64,000 nt of DNA, taken from Eledone cirrhosa. Taxonomy: Eukaryota. Both the position numbers and the translations under genes were made by a program. The notes beneath the pieces were generated by a model that saw only the letters and a program-made list of their open reading frames with translations, had not been told where the DNA came from and did not search any database. Shown here in pieces: positions 1-16,017 of the stretch. The stretch spans positions 24,304,001 to 24,368,000 of the forward strand of contig OZ024754.1 of NCBI GenBank assembly GCA_964016885.1, in the 5' to 3' direction. The first letter of the stretch is position 1. Every line of letters starts with the position of its first letter.

Positions 1-3000
1 ACACCACCATTAACAACACCAACAACACACCACAATTAACAACACCACCAACAACACACCACCATTAACAACACCAACAACAACACACCACCATTAACAA
101 CACCAACAACAACACACCACCATTAATAACACCAACAACAACACACCACCATTAACAACAACAACAACAACAACACACCACTATTAACAACAACAACAAC
201 AATACACCACCATTAACAACAACACCAACAACAACACACCACCATTCATAACACCAACAACATACACCACCATTAACAACAACAACAACAACACACCACC
301 ATTAACAACACCAACAACAACACACCACCATTAACAACACTAACAACAACACTCGACTATTAACAACACCAATAACAACACACCGCCATTAACAACACCA
401 ACAACAACACACCACCATTAACAACACCAACAACAACACACCAACAACAACACCACCAACAACAACACACCACCATTAACAATAACAACACACCACCATT
501 AACACCACCAACAACACACCACCATTAACAATAACACCACCAATAACAACACACCACCATTAACAACACCAACAACAACACACCACCATTAACATCACCA
601 ACAACACACCACCATTAACAATAACACCACCAATAACAACACACCACCATTAACAACACCAACAACAAGACTCCACCATTAACAACACCCACAACAACAC
701 ACCACCATTAACAACACCAACAACAACAGACCACCATTAACAACACCAACAACACACACCACCATTAACAACACCAACAACAACAAACCACCAGTAACAA
801 GACCAATAACAACACACCACCATTAACAAGACCAACAACAACACACCACCATTAACAACAACACAACCAACAACAACAACACACCACCATTAACAACAAC
901 ACCACCAACAACAACACACCACCATTAACAACACCAACAACACACCACTAACAACAACACACCAACAACAACACCACCAACAACAACACACAACCATTAA
1001 CAACACCAACAACAACACACCACCATTAACAACACCAACAACAACACACCAACAACACACCACCAATAAAAACACACCACCATTAACAACACCAACAACA
1101 ACACACCACCATTAACAACACAAACAACACACCACCATTAACACCACTAACAACAACACACCAACAACAACACCACCAACAACAACACACCACCATTAAC
1201 AACACCAACAACAACACACCACCATTAATAACACCAACAACAACACACCACCATTAACAACACCAACAACACACACCACCATTAACAACACCAACAACAA
1301 CACACCACCATTAACAACACCAACAACAACACACCAACAACACACCACCAATAACAACACACCACCATTAACAACACCAACAAGAACACACCACCATTAA
1401 CAACACCAACAACAACAAATCACTATTAACAAGACCAACAATACACACCAACATTAACAACACCAACAACAAGACACCACCATTAACAACACCAACAACA
1501 ACACACTGCCATTAACAACACCAACAACAACAAACCACCAGTAACAACACCAACAACAACACACCACCATTAACAAGACCAACAACACACACCACCATTA
1601 ACAACACCCATAACAACACACCACCATTAACAACACCAACAACAACACACCACCATTAACAACACCAACAACACACCACCATTAACACCACTAACAACAA
1701 CACACCAACAACAACACCACCAACAACAACACACCACCATTAACAACACCAACAACACACACCACCATTAATAACACCAACAACAACACACCACCATTAA
1801 CAACACCAACAACACACACCACCATTAACAACACCAACAACAACACACCACCATTAACAACACCAACAACAACACACCAACAACACACCACCAATAACAA
1901 CACACCACCATTAACAACAACACAACGAACAACAACACACCACCATTAACAACACCAACAACACACCACCATTAACACCACTAACAACAACACACCAACA
2001 ACAACACCACCAACAACAACACACCACCATTAACAACACCAACAACAACACACCACCATTAACAACACCAACAATAACACACCACCATTAACAACACCAA
2101 CAACAACACACCACCATTAACAACACCAACAACAACACACCACCATTAACAACACCAACAACACACACCACCATTAACAACACCAACAACAACACACCAC
2201 CATTAACAACACCAACAACAACACACCACCATTAACAACACCAACAACAACACACCACCATTAACAACACCAACAACAACACACCACCATTAACAACACC
2301 AACAACAACACACCACCATTATCAACACCAACAACAACACACCACCATTAACAACACCAACAACACACACCACCATTAACAACACCAACAACAACACACC
2401 AACAACAACACCACCAACAACAACACACCACCATTAACAACACCAACAACACACTACCATTAACAACACCAACAACAACACACCACCATTAACAACACCA
2501 ACAATAACCCACCACCATTAACACCACCAACAACAACACACCACCATTAACAACACAAACAACACACCACCATTAACAACACCAACAACAACACACCACC
2601 ATTAACAACACCAACAACACACACCACCATTAACAACACCAACAACAACACACCAACAACAACACCACCAACAACAACACCCCACCATTAACAACACCAA
2701 CAACACACCACTATTAACAACACCAACAACAACACACCACCATTAACAACAACACAACCAATAACAACACACCACCATTAACAACACCAACAACACACCA
2801 CCATTAACACCACTAACAACAACACACCAACAACAACAACACCAACCACAACACAGCACCATTAACAACACCAACAACACACACACCACCATTAACACCA
2901 CTAACAACAACACACGAACAACACCACCACCAACAACAAAACACCACCAACAACAACACCCCACCATAAACAACAACAACAACAACACACCACCATTAAC

Positions 3001-6000
3001 CACAACAACAACAACACACCACCATTAACAACACCAATAATACACCACCATTAACAACACCAACAACAACACACCACCATTAACAACAACAACAACAACA
3101 CCACACCACCATTAACAACAACAACACACCACCATTAACACCACCAACAACACACCACCAATAACAACACACCACCATTAACAACACCAACAACAAGACA
3201 CCACCATTAACAACACCAACAACAACACACCACCATTAACAACACCAACAAAAAGACACCACCATTAACAACACCCACAACAACACACCACCATTAACAA
3301 CACCAATAACAACATACCACCATTAACAACACCAACAACAACACACCACCATTAACAACACCAATAACAACACGCCACCATTAACAACACCAATAACAAC
3401 ACACCACCATTAACAACACCCACAACAACACACCTCCATTAACAACACCAATAACAACACACCACCATTAACAACACCAACAACAACACACCACCATTAA
3501 CAACACCAATAACAACACACCACCATTAACAACACCAACAACAACACACCACCATTAACAACAGCAACAACAACACACCACCATTAACAACACCAACAAC
3601 AACACACCACCATTAACAACACCGACACCAACACACCAACAACAACACCACCAACAACAACACACCACCATTAATAACACCAACACACCAACAACAACAC
3701 CACCAATAACAACACACCACCATTAATAACACCAACAACAACACACCAACAACAACACCACCAACAACAACACACCACCATTAACACCACCAACAACAAC
3801 ACACCAACAACAACACCAGCAACAACAACACACCACCATTAACAACACCAACAACAACACACCGCCATTAACAACACCAACAACAACACACCACCATTAA
3901 CACCACCAACAACAACACACCAACAACAACACAACCAACAACAACACACCACCATTAACACCACCAACAACACCACACCACCATTAGCAACACCAAACCA
4001 ACACACCACCATTAACAACACCAACATCAACACACCACCATTAACAACACCAACAACAACACACCAACAACAACACACCACCATTAACAACACCAACAAC
4101 AACACACCACCATTAACAACACCAACAACACACCACCATTAACAACACCAACAACAACACACCACCATTAATAACACCAACAACAACACACCACCATTAA
4201 CAACAACAACAACAACAACACACCACCATTAACAACAACAACAACAATACACCATCATTAACAACAACACCAACAACAGCACACCACCATTCATAACACC
4301 AACAACATACACCACCATTAACAACAACAGTAACAACACACCACCATTAACAACACCAACAACAACACACCACCATTAACAACACTAACAACAAGACTCG
4401 ACTATTAACAACACCAATAACAACACACCGCCATTAACAACACCAACAACAACACACCACCATTAACAACACCAACAACAACACACCAACAACAACACCA
4501 CCAACAACAACACACCACCATTAACAATAACAACACACCACCATTAACACCACCAACAACACACCACCATTAACAATAACACCACCAATAACAACACACC
4601 ACCATTAACAACACCAACAACAAGACTCCACCATTAACAACACCCACAACAACACACCACCATTAACAACACCAATAACAACAGACCACCATTAACAACA
4701 CCAACAACAACACACCACCATTAACAACACCAACAATAAGACACCACCATTAACAGCACCAACAACAACACACCACCATTAACAACACCAAGAACAAGAC
4801 ACCACCATTAACAACACCAACAACAACACACCACCATTAACAACACCAACAACACACCACCATTAACAACACCACCAACAACACACCACCATTAACAACA
4901 CCAACAACAACACACCACCATTAACAACACCAACAACAACACACCACCATTAATAACACCAACAACAACACACCACCATTAACAACAACAACAACAACAA
5001 CACACCACCATTAACAACAACAACAACAATACACCACCATTAACAACAACACCAACAACAACACACCACCATTCATAACACCAACAACATACACCACCAT
5101 TAACAACAACAACAACAACACACCACCATTAACAACACCAACAACAACACACCACCATTAACAACACTAACAACAAGACTCGACTATTAACAACACCAAT
5201 AACAACACACCGCCATTAACAACACCAACAACAACACACCACCATTAACAACACCAACAACAACACACCAACAACAACACCACCAACAACAACACACCAC
5301 CATTAACAATAACAACACACCACCATTAACACCACCAACAACACACCACCATTAACAATAACACCACCAATAACAACACACCACCATTAACAACACCAAC
5401 AACAACACACCACCATTAACATCACCAACAACACACCACCATTAACAATAACACCACCAATAACAACACACCACCATTAACAACACCAACAACAAGACTC
5501 CACCATTAACAACACCCACAACAACACACCACCATTAACAACACCAACAACAACAGACCACCATTAACAACACCAACAACAACACACCACCATTAACAAC
5601 ACCAACAACAAGACACCACCATTAACAGCACCAACAACAACACACCACCATTAACAACACCAAGAACAAGACACCACCATTAACAACACCAACAACAACA
5701 CACCACCATTAACAACACCAACAACACACCACCATTAACAACACCACCAACAACACACCACCATTAACAACACCAACAACAACACACCACCATTAACAAT
5801 ACCAACAACAACACACCACCATCAACAACACCAACAACAACACACCACCATTATCAACACCAACAACAACACACCACCATTAACAAGATACCACCATTAA
5901 CAACACCAACAACGAGACACCACCATTAACAACACACCACCATTAACAAGAGACCACCATTAACAACACCAACAACGAGACACCACCATTAACAACACCA

Positions 6001-6335
6001 ACAAAAACACACCACCATTAACAACACCAACAACAACACACCACCATTAACAACAACACCACCAATAACAACACACCACCATTAACAACACCAATAACAA
6101 CAAACCACCATTAACAACAACAATAACAACACCAGTAACATCAGACCACCAATAACAACACCAATAACAACACCAATAACAACACACCACCAATAACAAC
6201 ACCAATAACAGCACCAATAACAACGCACCACCAATAACAACACCAATAACAACACCAATAACAACACACCACCAATAACAACACCAATAACAACAAACCA
6301 CCATTAACAACAACAACAACACCAATAACCACACT
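1..6335. repeat. Complex G-poor satellite, unit ~24-27 bp (caacaacacaccaccattaacaacac), with higher-order duplicated blocks
   Basis: Continuous tandem array. Rare variants recur in the same order: attcataac at ~245/4290/5071, ctcgactat at ~352/4397/5179, aagactcc at ~667/4622/5494. Confidence 0.95.
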
Positions 6336-7329
6336 ACAATACGATGTACATGTATAATAAACTGTTTTTAATGCTTTGGTGCGTGACTTACAACGTTCTC
6401 TGTATATCGATTCTGTCGATTGATTGGTTATTGATTAGAAGATACCCGCTGATGAAGCCGCACAAGCCGATTATGCATTGTTGCATAATACATGCAGACG
6501 GATGGTGCAGTGCACCTTATGGATGCATTAGTGCGACAGAAACTCGAGTCCGGGAACCATTATAGGCACCCGTTTTGCGTGTGTTGTGTTGAAGCAAATA
6601 ACTATGTGTATACTCTGGGAATGTATCTTACATTGCCCATGGAGTACGCTGAGATACGACCGGTAGTGGCATTGATAAATATGCTGGGTCCGTCAACTCC
6701 TTATTATATATACATATATATAGACCAGTGATTGACTTACCTATCCCACAAAGTGTTGATCTTTGCCTTACCCGCTTTCATATGACCCTGTAGAAATCAC
6801 TGTATTCATAGATTGATGATAGAATTGAATTGAAATATGAACTAGGAACGTCTTTAGTGTGGTAGGATCCGAGAAACCCTGGTATGGTCTCCGTCAGCGT
6901 AAAATTATTATTATAAACATTTCAATGAGTAAAATAGATTTTATGACTAATTAAACTCTTTATTCTATATCTAGGTCGAAATTAACATTGAAGACTGGTG
7001 AGCTCTTTCACCTGGTCATTGATCATAATCGAAGGTTATTTGGAGAGCTCTCTGACTTAGTCATTGAACGAAGAATGTTTGGGTATCTCTCTGATATGGT
7101 CGTTGGACATAAACGTCGTTCGAAGGCCGAACATATTGTGCAAGTAGCATATGTCCAAAACATCAACTTTTCTCTAAGTGGCAAAAGTTTTTACACAATT
7201 TCTTCTAACCATGAACATATCGAGATTATATTTTAGTTATTTGGTCATAATTTCAGTTTCAAGGCCGTATTGGCAGAGGGATTAGAATGTCGGATAAAAT
7301 ACTTTTTGAGGATTCGTTCTAAATGGGAA

Positions 7330-7480
7330 TAATCATTTCAAGTGCTGGACTAGTACTTTATTTATCGACTGCTAAAGGGTGAAAGGCAAAGCTGAACTCG
7401 ATGAGATTTTAACTCAGAGAGCAGAGAGCTGAAACGAACAGCATGAAACATTTTATTTGACTCAGACAATTCGCCACCTA
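7330..7480 (-). mobile_element. Diverged tRNA-SINE (family A) remnant
   Basis: tactttatttatcgac...tgaaaggcaaagctgaactcgatgagattttaactcag matches the reverse complement of the family-A core. Confidence 0.7.
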
Positions 7481-7929
7481 TTCAGTAGATTACTAAAATA
7501 CAAAGGTTGGGCAACTGAGTAAAGGTTTCTCGCTACACTTCAATCGTCATGAGGGTGGCCTCTCTAAATTATTTATTTACTGAACAATTATATTTTCCTA
7601 CACTAACCAATGCGAATTTCGCTAAAGTTACCTAGATGGTAGGTTCTGTTCACTTAAGGGATCTAAGTACCAGGCTGTGCTTGCTGAAGGCATCCAGATG
7701 CCTGATCAGTTAATGTTTACTAAAGCTACTCACAAGGATAGCTGCTGTCCACTAAAAGTACCCAAGGGCCAGGCTAAAGCACCTAAGTATGAGATAGTGT
7801 CTGCAATAGGCACCCAATGAACAGATAGTATCCACTAAAGGCACCCAGGAGACTTGTGGTGTGTTGAATTTGGCGATGAATTAAGATGGAGATGATGGGC
7901 TATCCTGGCATGTGTTGTGCGGATCCGAC

Positions 7930-9115
7930 CACTTACTATAATAGGGATTGTTTCTATTTCCAGTTTTGACGTTTAGAAGTAAATCTCTATCTGTTGGGTC
8001 TGACATTTCAATTAAAAAGCACTTCACTTGTGTTTCTTGATAAGAATATCCCTGTCTGTGTATATTAACATATCCCAGAATTTGGTTGATTTGTCATTCC
8101 CCGGGACCTTTCTTGGTGTATGTCAAATCTACTGTATTACACAGCTTCCAATGTATGCAAATCCCAACCCTGTCATCATGTAAGTGGATGTATTCTTTCT
8201 TCGTTAAAACTGGGTAGCCTGAGATAATATGGATAATTGGTTTCTCTCAAATTTATAGTCTGCAGTTATTTTATTCTATTTCATTGCATGATGTTGATGC
8301 TTTCTGCCGAGAAGGCTTTGATCCTCTGTCGCAATCAAGAATCCTTCTGTCTTACATTTGAGTTATGTGCTTTTCAGTCAGTGTTGCCAACTGTTCTCAT
8401 TTATGTCTACCCTGTTTTCAGTCAGTGTTGCCAACTGTTCTCATTTATGTCCACCCTGTTCAGCTTTGAAAAAAAAATATTGGCTTTCTTTGACATCGGT
8501 TTATCACGGCATTCAGTAGATCCAATTTTATTTTAAATCTTAACCCTTTCACAATTTTGGATTTTGTTTCTTATTTCTCAACATAACTATGTTTCACATT
8601 TCTCACCATAACTATGCTTCACATTTGTAACCCTAACTATGTTTCATATTTCTCACCATAACTATGTTTCACATTTCTCACCATAACTATGTTTCACATA
8701 TCTAAATCTACTAATTCAGTTCCTGGTTTCTATTTTTTGGCTTCTTCGAAAACAGAAACCAGTATTTTTTTGTTCGTGTTTCGGAGTTATTTGTGTTAGT
8801 TCCCGCAATTTTGTACTAGCTGTTTGTGTATTCCTTCCATTAATCTTATATATTGTTTAAGATTAGGGTAAATGTTTAGGTCTTGGCCCCTATTGCCCTG
8901 TATTCTTGGTAAATATGGAGTTGTGCATTCTAAATTCAGTAAAGATTTTTCTTGTTTTCTGTTTAGTTTGTTAGTTTATTCAACGTCTAATTAAGAATAT
9001 TATAAACATAACTTATTATCGAGACAGCAAGGGTATTCATATCTATTACCATATTTTCTGCATTTAGATCAGTTTAACTACAGTGTTGTTCAGGTCTTTG
9101 AAAGACATGTTAGGA
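7930..9115 (-). pseudogene. Decayed R4/Dong-like non-LTR retrotransposon (post-RT region, zinc knuckle, start of restriction-like endonuclease)
   Basis: Minus-strand peptides LNAENMVIDMNTLAVSIISYVYNILN, RKIFTEFRMH, KTEGFLIATEDQSL, IHIISGYPVLTKKEYIHLHDDRVGICIHWKLC and FWDMLIYTDR resemble R4/Dong motifs (ETEGFLIAAQDQSL, HIVSGCPVL..EY..RHD.V...IHW.LC, ILWD..I.TD). Contains stops and frameshifts. Confidence 0.8.
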
Positions 9116-9544
9116 AAAAATTAGGTGGATTGACAGAATCGTTAAGGCATTGGACAAAATGCTTTGCAGTATTTGTTCAAATACCCCAACAGTCATCTTC
9201 CATTGACTCAGGACCGATAAAATATAACACTAGACAAGAATTAGGGACAATGTAACCGATACGCCCCTCCCATAAAATTATTGGCTTTGTGCTTAAATTA
9301 GAAAACCATTATTATTTCAAAATCAATAAAGCAATGCGTAAAATTTCTTGCGGTATTTACTCATGTCCCTTTATACTGGGGGTACAGTTAGGTCTTTTTA
9401 TATACCAAATCGAAGCCCTGTCATGGCTGATATTGTTTTTCACCATGCTATTATCGATTACTGATGAAGGATCTGATTATGACCCCTGCCATGGCTGATA
9501 TTGACTTTCATCATTCTGGGATCATTTACCAATAATTACGACCC

Positions 9545-10240
9545 AGTGTATATAGCAGCCTATATCACAGCCTGTATAGCAGTGTATATAGCAGTGTATA
9601 TAGCAGCCTATACATTAGCTTATATAGCAGTGTATATAGCAGCCTATATAGCAGTGTATATATCAGCCTATATAGCAGTGTATATAGCAGCCTATATAGC
9701 AGCCTATATAGCAGTGTATATATCAGCCTATACAGCAGCCTATATAGCAGCCTATACAGCAGTGTATATAGCAACCTATATAGCAGCATATACAGCAGCC
9801 TATATAGCAGCCTATACAGCAGCCTATATAGCAGCCATTATAACAGCCTATGGCGGTGGATTGGCAGTATCGGTAGAGGGTCGGACGCCATGCTTTCCAG
9901 CATAGTTACGTCCCTTTACGATCTGAGTTCAAATCCCGCTGAGGTTGACTTTGCCTTTCATCCTTACGGGGTCGATAAAATAAAGTACCAGTAATTCACT
10001 GGGTAATTGCTGGCCTTGTGCCTAAAGTAGAAACAATTATAACAGCCTATATAGCAACCTATACAGCAGCTTATATAGCAGCCATTATAGCAGCGTATAC
10101 AGCAGCCTATATAGCAGCCATTATGACAGCCTATATAGCAGCCTATACAGCAGCCTATACAGCAGTGTATATATCAGCCTATACAGCAGCCTATACAGCA
10201 GCCTATATAACAGCCTATATAGCAGCCTATATAACAGCCT
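9545..10240. repeat. 12-bp minisatellite (tatatagcagcc/tatatagcagtg) interrupted by a SINE
   Basis: Visible tandem 12-mers, which generate the spurious YIAA-repeat ORFs. Confidence 0.95.
9852..10040 (+). mobile_element. Full-length tRNA-derived SINE (family A, ~190 bp) with 15-bp TSD
   Basis: A-box-like tggcagtatcgg, B-box gagttcaaatcc, conserved core gactttgcctttcatccttacggggtcgataaaataaagtaccag (resembles a Meta/MESC-type central domain; assignment tentative). TSD attataacagcctat at 9837-9851 and 10036-10050. Confidence 0.93.
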
Positions 10241-10720
10241 GTTGCTGTTGTTGTTGTTGTTTTTGTTATAATTGTTGATTTTGTAGTAGTTGTTGATGAT
10301 GATGATGGTGTAGTAGTGGTAGTAGTAGTAGTTATAGTTGATGTATATGCTGTTGTAGTTGTTGCCACTGTTGTTGATGTTGTTAATGTTGTTGTTGTTG
10401 TTAATGTTGTTGTTGTTCTTGTTCTTGTTTTCGTCGTATTTCTGTCGTTATTGGAAGCAACTTATTTTGATTTTATAGAAATGACTAAAGTAAAAGAAAA
10501 AAAAAAAAAAAATCAATAATATTTCAAATGATACGTTTATTGAAGGTTTTATCTCTTTTTCTCACATTCATAGAATTTCCGGTTCCAGCCAGATAGTTTT
10601 ATGATGTCAGCGACTCGGGGAGAGGTATACTGAAGTCTTCCCGTTCATCTCTGAGTTTCCCCCGACTCTTTACTTGATGCATCATGGATATAAATAAATA
10701 ATTGATCGTCATCATGATGA

Positions 10721-10945
10721 GTATGGCCTGCGCCTATGTATTAAGTGCCCTAGGCTAGCCTTAAAGTATGGCCTGCGCCTATGTATTAAGTGCCCTAGGC
10801 TAGCCTTAAAGTATGGCCTGCGCCTATGTATTAAGTGCCCTAGGCTAGCCTTAAAGTATGGCCTGCGCCTATGTATTAAGTGCCCTAGGCTAGCCTTAAA
10901 GTATGGCCTGCGCCTATGTATTAAGTGCCCTAGGCTAGCCTTAAA
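10721..10945. repeat. Five perfect tandem copies of a 45-bp unit
   Basis: gtatggcctgcgcctatgtattaagtgccctaggctagccttaaa starts at 10721, 10766, 10811, 10856 and 10901. Confidence 0.97.
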
Positions 10946-11401
10946 ATCTTCGCCTCCTTCTTCCTATTATGCGCTTCATTCTCCCAAAATAAAATAATTT
11001 TCAACATACAGTTAACAAACTTGGGTTTTGACAATTCTTGCTCCGACTACACTAAGAAAATTACCAAGGCTGCATTTTCCAACGACACAGTCCGCACTTA
11101 CCCCTGTCAATTCAGGAGAGAAATTATGACACTATACGACGCTTTTCCCCCTTTTTGATATAGCATCAACGTTGCTACGCAGCAAAGATCAAAGATGTCT
11201 AACGATTTATTTACTGATTGCAGGAAATTATTATATATTGAAGTTAATTATACAAATTTATATAAAGCTATGACCTTTTAAGTTTCAATAATGCGCCCCT
11301 GTGAGGTCTGTGACCGAAGAGGTGGCCTATATTGGTAGCGCCGACCCTGATCATAACCTTATTTATGTACAAATATACCAACGTGCACTGAAACATACAT
11401 A

Positions 11402-11460
<59 letters not shown>

Positions 11461-11499
11461 GATCTCATCAGTTTTGAAGACGAGTTTTCCAGGTGCATC

Positions 11500-11775
11500 G
11501 TCAACGGGACAACTTGCTCGTAAAAATTAATATGCAAGTGTCTGAGCATTTCACGAAGACGAGCATCGATAACGCAGTTCTCAGGCTGGTTCAACACGAT
11601 ATAGTGTGTGACAAGACTGGCTCTTTGAATTCAGGTACGAATTATTTCTGTCGACGAAGTGGACTGGAGGGAAAGTAGGCAAAAGTTGTCTTGCTCAAGA
11701 GCATAACCTGCCGCCGGGAACCAAACTCACGATTATAAGATCGTGAACAGAACGCACTAACAAACTAAACCACTC
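11500..11775 (-). mobile_element. Longer tRNA-SINE (family B) fragment
   Basis: ctgctcgtnaaattaacntgcaagtg...gtgtgacaagnctggc...tcttgctcaag motif recurs at 12520-12640, 26760-27030, 29580-29900, 30410-30590 (opposite orientation), 30735-30900, 46840-47035 and 53140-53255 (opposite orientation). Confidence 0.8.
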
Positions 11776-11962
11776 GGCATTGGAGTATCAGTAGAGGGTC
11801 GGACGCCATGCTCTGCAGCATAGACTTACAGCCCTTTACGGTCTGAGTTCAAATCCCACCGAGGTTAACTTTGCCTTTCATTCTTACGAAGTCGATAAAA
11901 TAAAGTACCAGTAATGCCCTGGTATAATTACTGGCCTTGTGCCAAAAGTAGAAACAGTTATT
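11776..11962 (+). mobile_element. tRNA-SINE family A
   Basis: Close match to 9852-10040, including B box gagttcaaatcc and 3' gtgccaaaagtagaaac. Confidence 0.9.
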
Positions 11963-12028
11963 GCCAATAGACACCGGCTAAGAAACATATATATGGGCAA
12001 TTACATATATTGCAATGGAGGGAAAATA

Positions 12029-12221
12029 TAATTGTTTCTACGTTTGGCACAAAGCCAGCAATTACACAGTGCATTACTGGTACTTTATTTTATCGACCCC
12101 GTAAGGATGAAAGGCAAAGTCAACCTCGGCGGGATTTGAACTCAGATCGTAAAGGGACGTAACTATGCTGGAAAGCATGGCATCCGACCCTCTACCGATA
12201 CTGCCAATCCTCCGCCCTCCA
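12029..12221 (-). mobile_element. tRNA-SINE family A with 16-bp TSD
   Basis: Reverse complement of family A. TSD ggagggaaaatataat at 12017-12032 and 12222-12237. Confidence 0.93.
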
Positions 12222-12639
12222 GGAGGGAAAATATAATAAACATGAGACATTTAATTAAACGCATAGGAATAATATATTTTATAGATACAAACATATACAT
12301 ACTATTATTAATTTTAGATACAGCGCTGAACATAATTATCCATGTATACATTTATACATACAAACATATATATTGTATATCAATATATGTTATATGTCTG
12401 TGTATATATATATATATATAAGGAACGATCGACTTTCGTCAAATCGGACCGAGGGAACAATGTTTCCGTTGGTCTTTCCAATTGCTAATACTATCTATCG
12501 GTCGCAACTCCAGGTAGAAGGAGCAACGTGAAATAAAGTGTCTTGCTCAAGGACATAACGCATCGCCTGGTCCAGGAATCGAACTCACAACCTTACGATT
12601 GCGAATCCAGTTCTCTAATTACTCAGCCACACGCCTTCA

Positions 12640-12688
<49 letters not shown>

Positions 12689-12866
12689 GTATATATATGC
12701 ATAAATAATATATATATATAGATATATACATACATATATATATATAAATATATATATGCATATATGCATAAATAATATATATATAGATATATACATGTAT
12801 ATATATGTATGCATATATATATATATATATATATTATATATGCTTAAATGTTAATCAGTTATTTTA

Positions 12867-12956
<90 letters not shown>

Positions 12957-13404
12957 ACCTATATAATGTCAATTTAATGTAGATATATATATAAACATAA
13001 TACATATGATGTACATGTATGTAAATATATACGTTTTTCAATATATATAAATATAACAACGTTGGCATATATATATTTCCTGCCAAGTTAGCTACCTACA
13101 AAAATGCATATATACAAACATGCATGCATGCATACATCTGTGCATACATACACACATACATACATACATACATACATACATACATACATACATACATACA
13201 TACATACATACATACATACATAAATCCATGCATCTATACATACATGCAATACATATAGATACGTATATATATATATATAGATACACATATATATATATAT
13301 ATATATATATACACAAACTATATATGAATAGGTAATGTATGCATGTATATATATATTATTGCATGTATATATATGCATAAATATATATGCATGTATATAT
13401 ATGC

Positions 13405-13463
<59 letters not shown>

Positions 13464-13754
13464 ATTATACATCTCCCTCCGACTACATATATATATAGGT
13501 GTTTATATATACATGTGTGTGAGTAAATTCATATTCTTTGCAAATATACGAGCAGGTACAAGTTCACGCATGTACACAAATATAACCACACGCAGACCTC
13601 TGTGTATGCATACGTTACATATATACTTATATATATATATATTATATATATATATATATATATACATACATACAAATCTGCATACATACATACACAACTA
13701 CACACGCGGAAACACACACATGTATATTTATGTATTTACACATACACACACAGA

Positions 13755-13884
<130 letters not shown>

Positions 13885-14081
13885 CATATATATATATATA
13901 TAAACACCTCATGAGCCAAAATAAATATAACTTTGAATATAAGAATGTGTGACTTTCTAGGATCAAAGTGGTTGGCAGGATGCAGGTGTTTCGGGTTTCG
14001 AATCTCGTCGCGAATTCATCTGTTTCTCCCTCTCCATATGACTCTGAGGTTTCGATATAAACAAAATTTAACTAATATAAT

Positions 14082-14121
<40 letters not shown>

Positions 14122-14125
<4 letters not shown>

Positions 14126-14285
14126 GAATAAAATTAGTCCTTCATCAGTGATCTTCCAGCCTTCATTGGGGTATTTCTTCTCTTTAAAGCGAAGAAATAC
14201 CAATGAAGGCTGGAAGATCACTGATGAAGGACTAATTTTATTCATATGTAACCCATGTGCAACCACGCAGCAGCTCATTTTTCAT
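14122..14285. mobile_element. (TA)n-inserted fold-back element containing a CTGATGA half-hammerhead motif
   Basis: ~55-bp inverted arms (14122-14180 / 14191-14246) around a 10-nt loop. A related single copy lies at ~47690-47770. Confidence 0.7.
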
Positions 14286-14310
14286 ATATATGTATATATA
14301 TGTATATATA

Positions 14311-14660
14311 TTAGTAAAAAGGAAAAGAAAATGCTGACAAATTTTTCCCAGTGAAAAATAGTTTAATTAGGAATAAGTATAAATTAGTAATAAGTATTGG
14401 TTAGTATTCAATTTTAGTTTTAAGTTTTTACCCGTTGCGCATTTCTTATGCTTTTCAAAAATAATTTTGAGATAGAGCAAAAATCATTTTTGAAAAGCAT
14501 ATGAAATGCCCAACCGGTAAAAACTTAAAACTAAAACTGAATACTAACCAATACTTATTACTAATTTATACTTATTCCTAATTAAACTATTTTTCAGCCT
14601 TTTCTTTTCCTTTTTACTAATTATATCACAACTCGTGTGTCATACCTCTATTTTTTAAAA
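14311..14660. mobile_element. (TA)n-inserted fold-back element with decayed U3-A8 hammerhead
   Basis: ~150-bp imperfect inverted arms 14311-14468 / 14481-14620. TTGAAAA-GCAT..ATGC-ccaac-cg-GTA at ~14490-14519. Same family as 25085-25340. Confidence 0.7.
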
Positions 14661-14822
14661 ATATATATATATAAATATATATATACATATATATATATAT
14701 ATATTTGTGTGTGTGTGTGCGTGTGTGTTTGTATTTACATTTAAAATGTACCTTAGGGCAGTGCCCTTCTTGTTCAGATAATATTATTACAAAATGATAT
14801 TTTAGTGATTTTGTTTACCTTT

Positions 14823-14877
<55 letters not shown>

Positions 14878-14880
<3 letters not shown>

Positions 14881-15078
14881 TGGCGAAGGGTAACCTGGAA
14901 AGCAGAGCATACAGTCCAATCGCCATGGCGGAAAGTGGGGCTGTGCAGCCCCCCCCCCATTCCCTCTAAATGACCCTCCCGGTCAAAGCCGCATGTAGTG
15001 TTATCTAGTGTGTGTGTTATCTTTTCATGTGTCTACGATTTAGTAAGCAGTCAAAATTCTGCTTGCCCCAAAGCTGTC

Positions 15079-15143
<65 letters not shown>

Positions 15144-15338
15144 ATATTTTATGTGTCTACAATTTAGTAAGCAGTCAAAATTCTGCTTGCCCCCAAAGCT
15201 GTCGTGTGTTTGTGTGTATGTGTTATCTTTTTTTTTGTGTCTATACGTTTTAGAAAGCAGCCAAAATTCTGCTTCCTTCAACCGACGCAATTGATCAACT
15301 CAAGATTTTATAACGCATGCACGGACCCTTCGCCTCTG
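14878..15338. mobile_element. Non-autonomous hAT-like DNA transposon (MITE)
   Basis: TIRs cagtggcgaagggt / acccttcgcctctg (1 mismatch in 14), flanks atatatat / atataaat (8-bp TSD-like), three internal copies of gtgtcta...tttagtaagcagtcaaaattctgcttg. Confidence 0.75.
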
Positions 15339-15433
<95 letters not shown>

Positions 15434-15434
15434 C

Positions 15435-15509
<75 letters not shown>

Positions 15510-15519
15510 CATACATACA

Positions 15520-15596
<77 letters not shown>

Positions 15597-15892
15597 GTGT
15601 GTGTGTATGTATGTATGTGTACATACATTATCAATCTCTTTTCAATCAATATATATATGTATATATATATATATATGTATATATGTGCATATATATGCAT
15701 ATACATACATGTATGTGTGTGTATGTATGTATGTGTACATACATTATCAATCTCTTTTCAATCAAAATCAAAATTGTGTCTTTCTCCCCATTAACGTCAG
15801 TCATGTTCAAATAATAATAATTATATTAATTGTATAAAGTTATAACTTCAGTTATATGTATATACATATAGCTATCCATTCATACTATATAT

Positions 15893-15923
<31 letters not shown>

Positions 15924-15962
15924 CATATATATATAAATACATATATATGTATATATATATAC

Positions 15963-16017
<55 letters not shown>

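Noticed and set aside
9501-10278. Hydrophobic YIAA-repeat membrane-protein-like ORFs
   Set aside because: A 12-bp minisatellite reading into a SINE.
10721-10945. CRISPR-like array (also considered for 27860-28445 and 59612-60422)
   Set aside because: No unique spacers, no cas genes, eukaryotic context.
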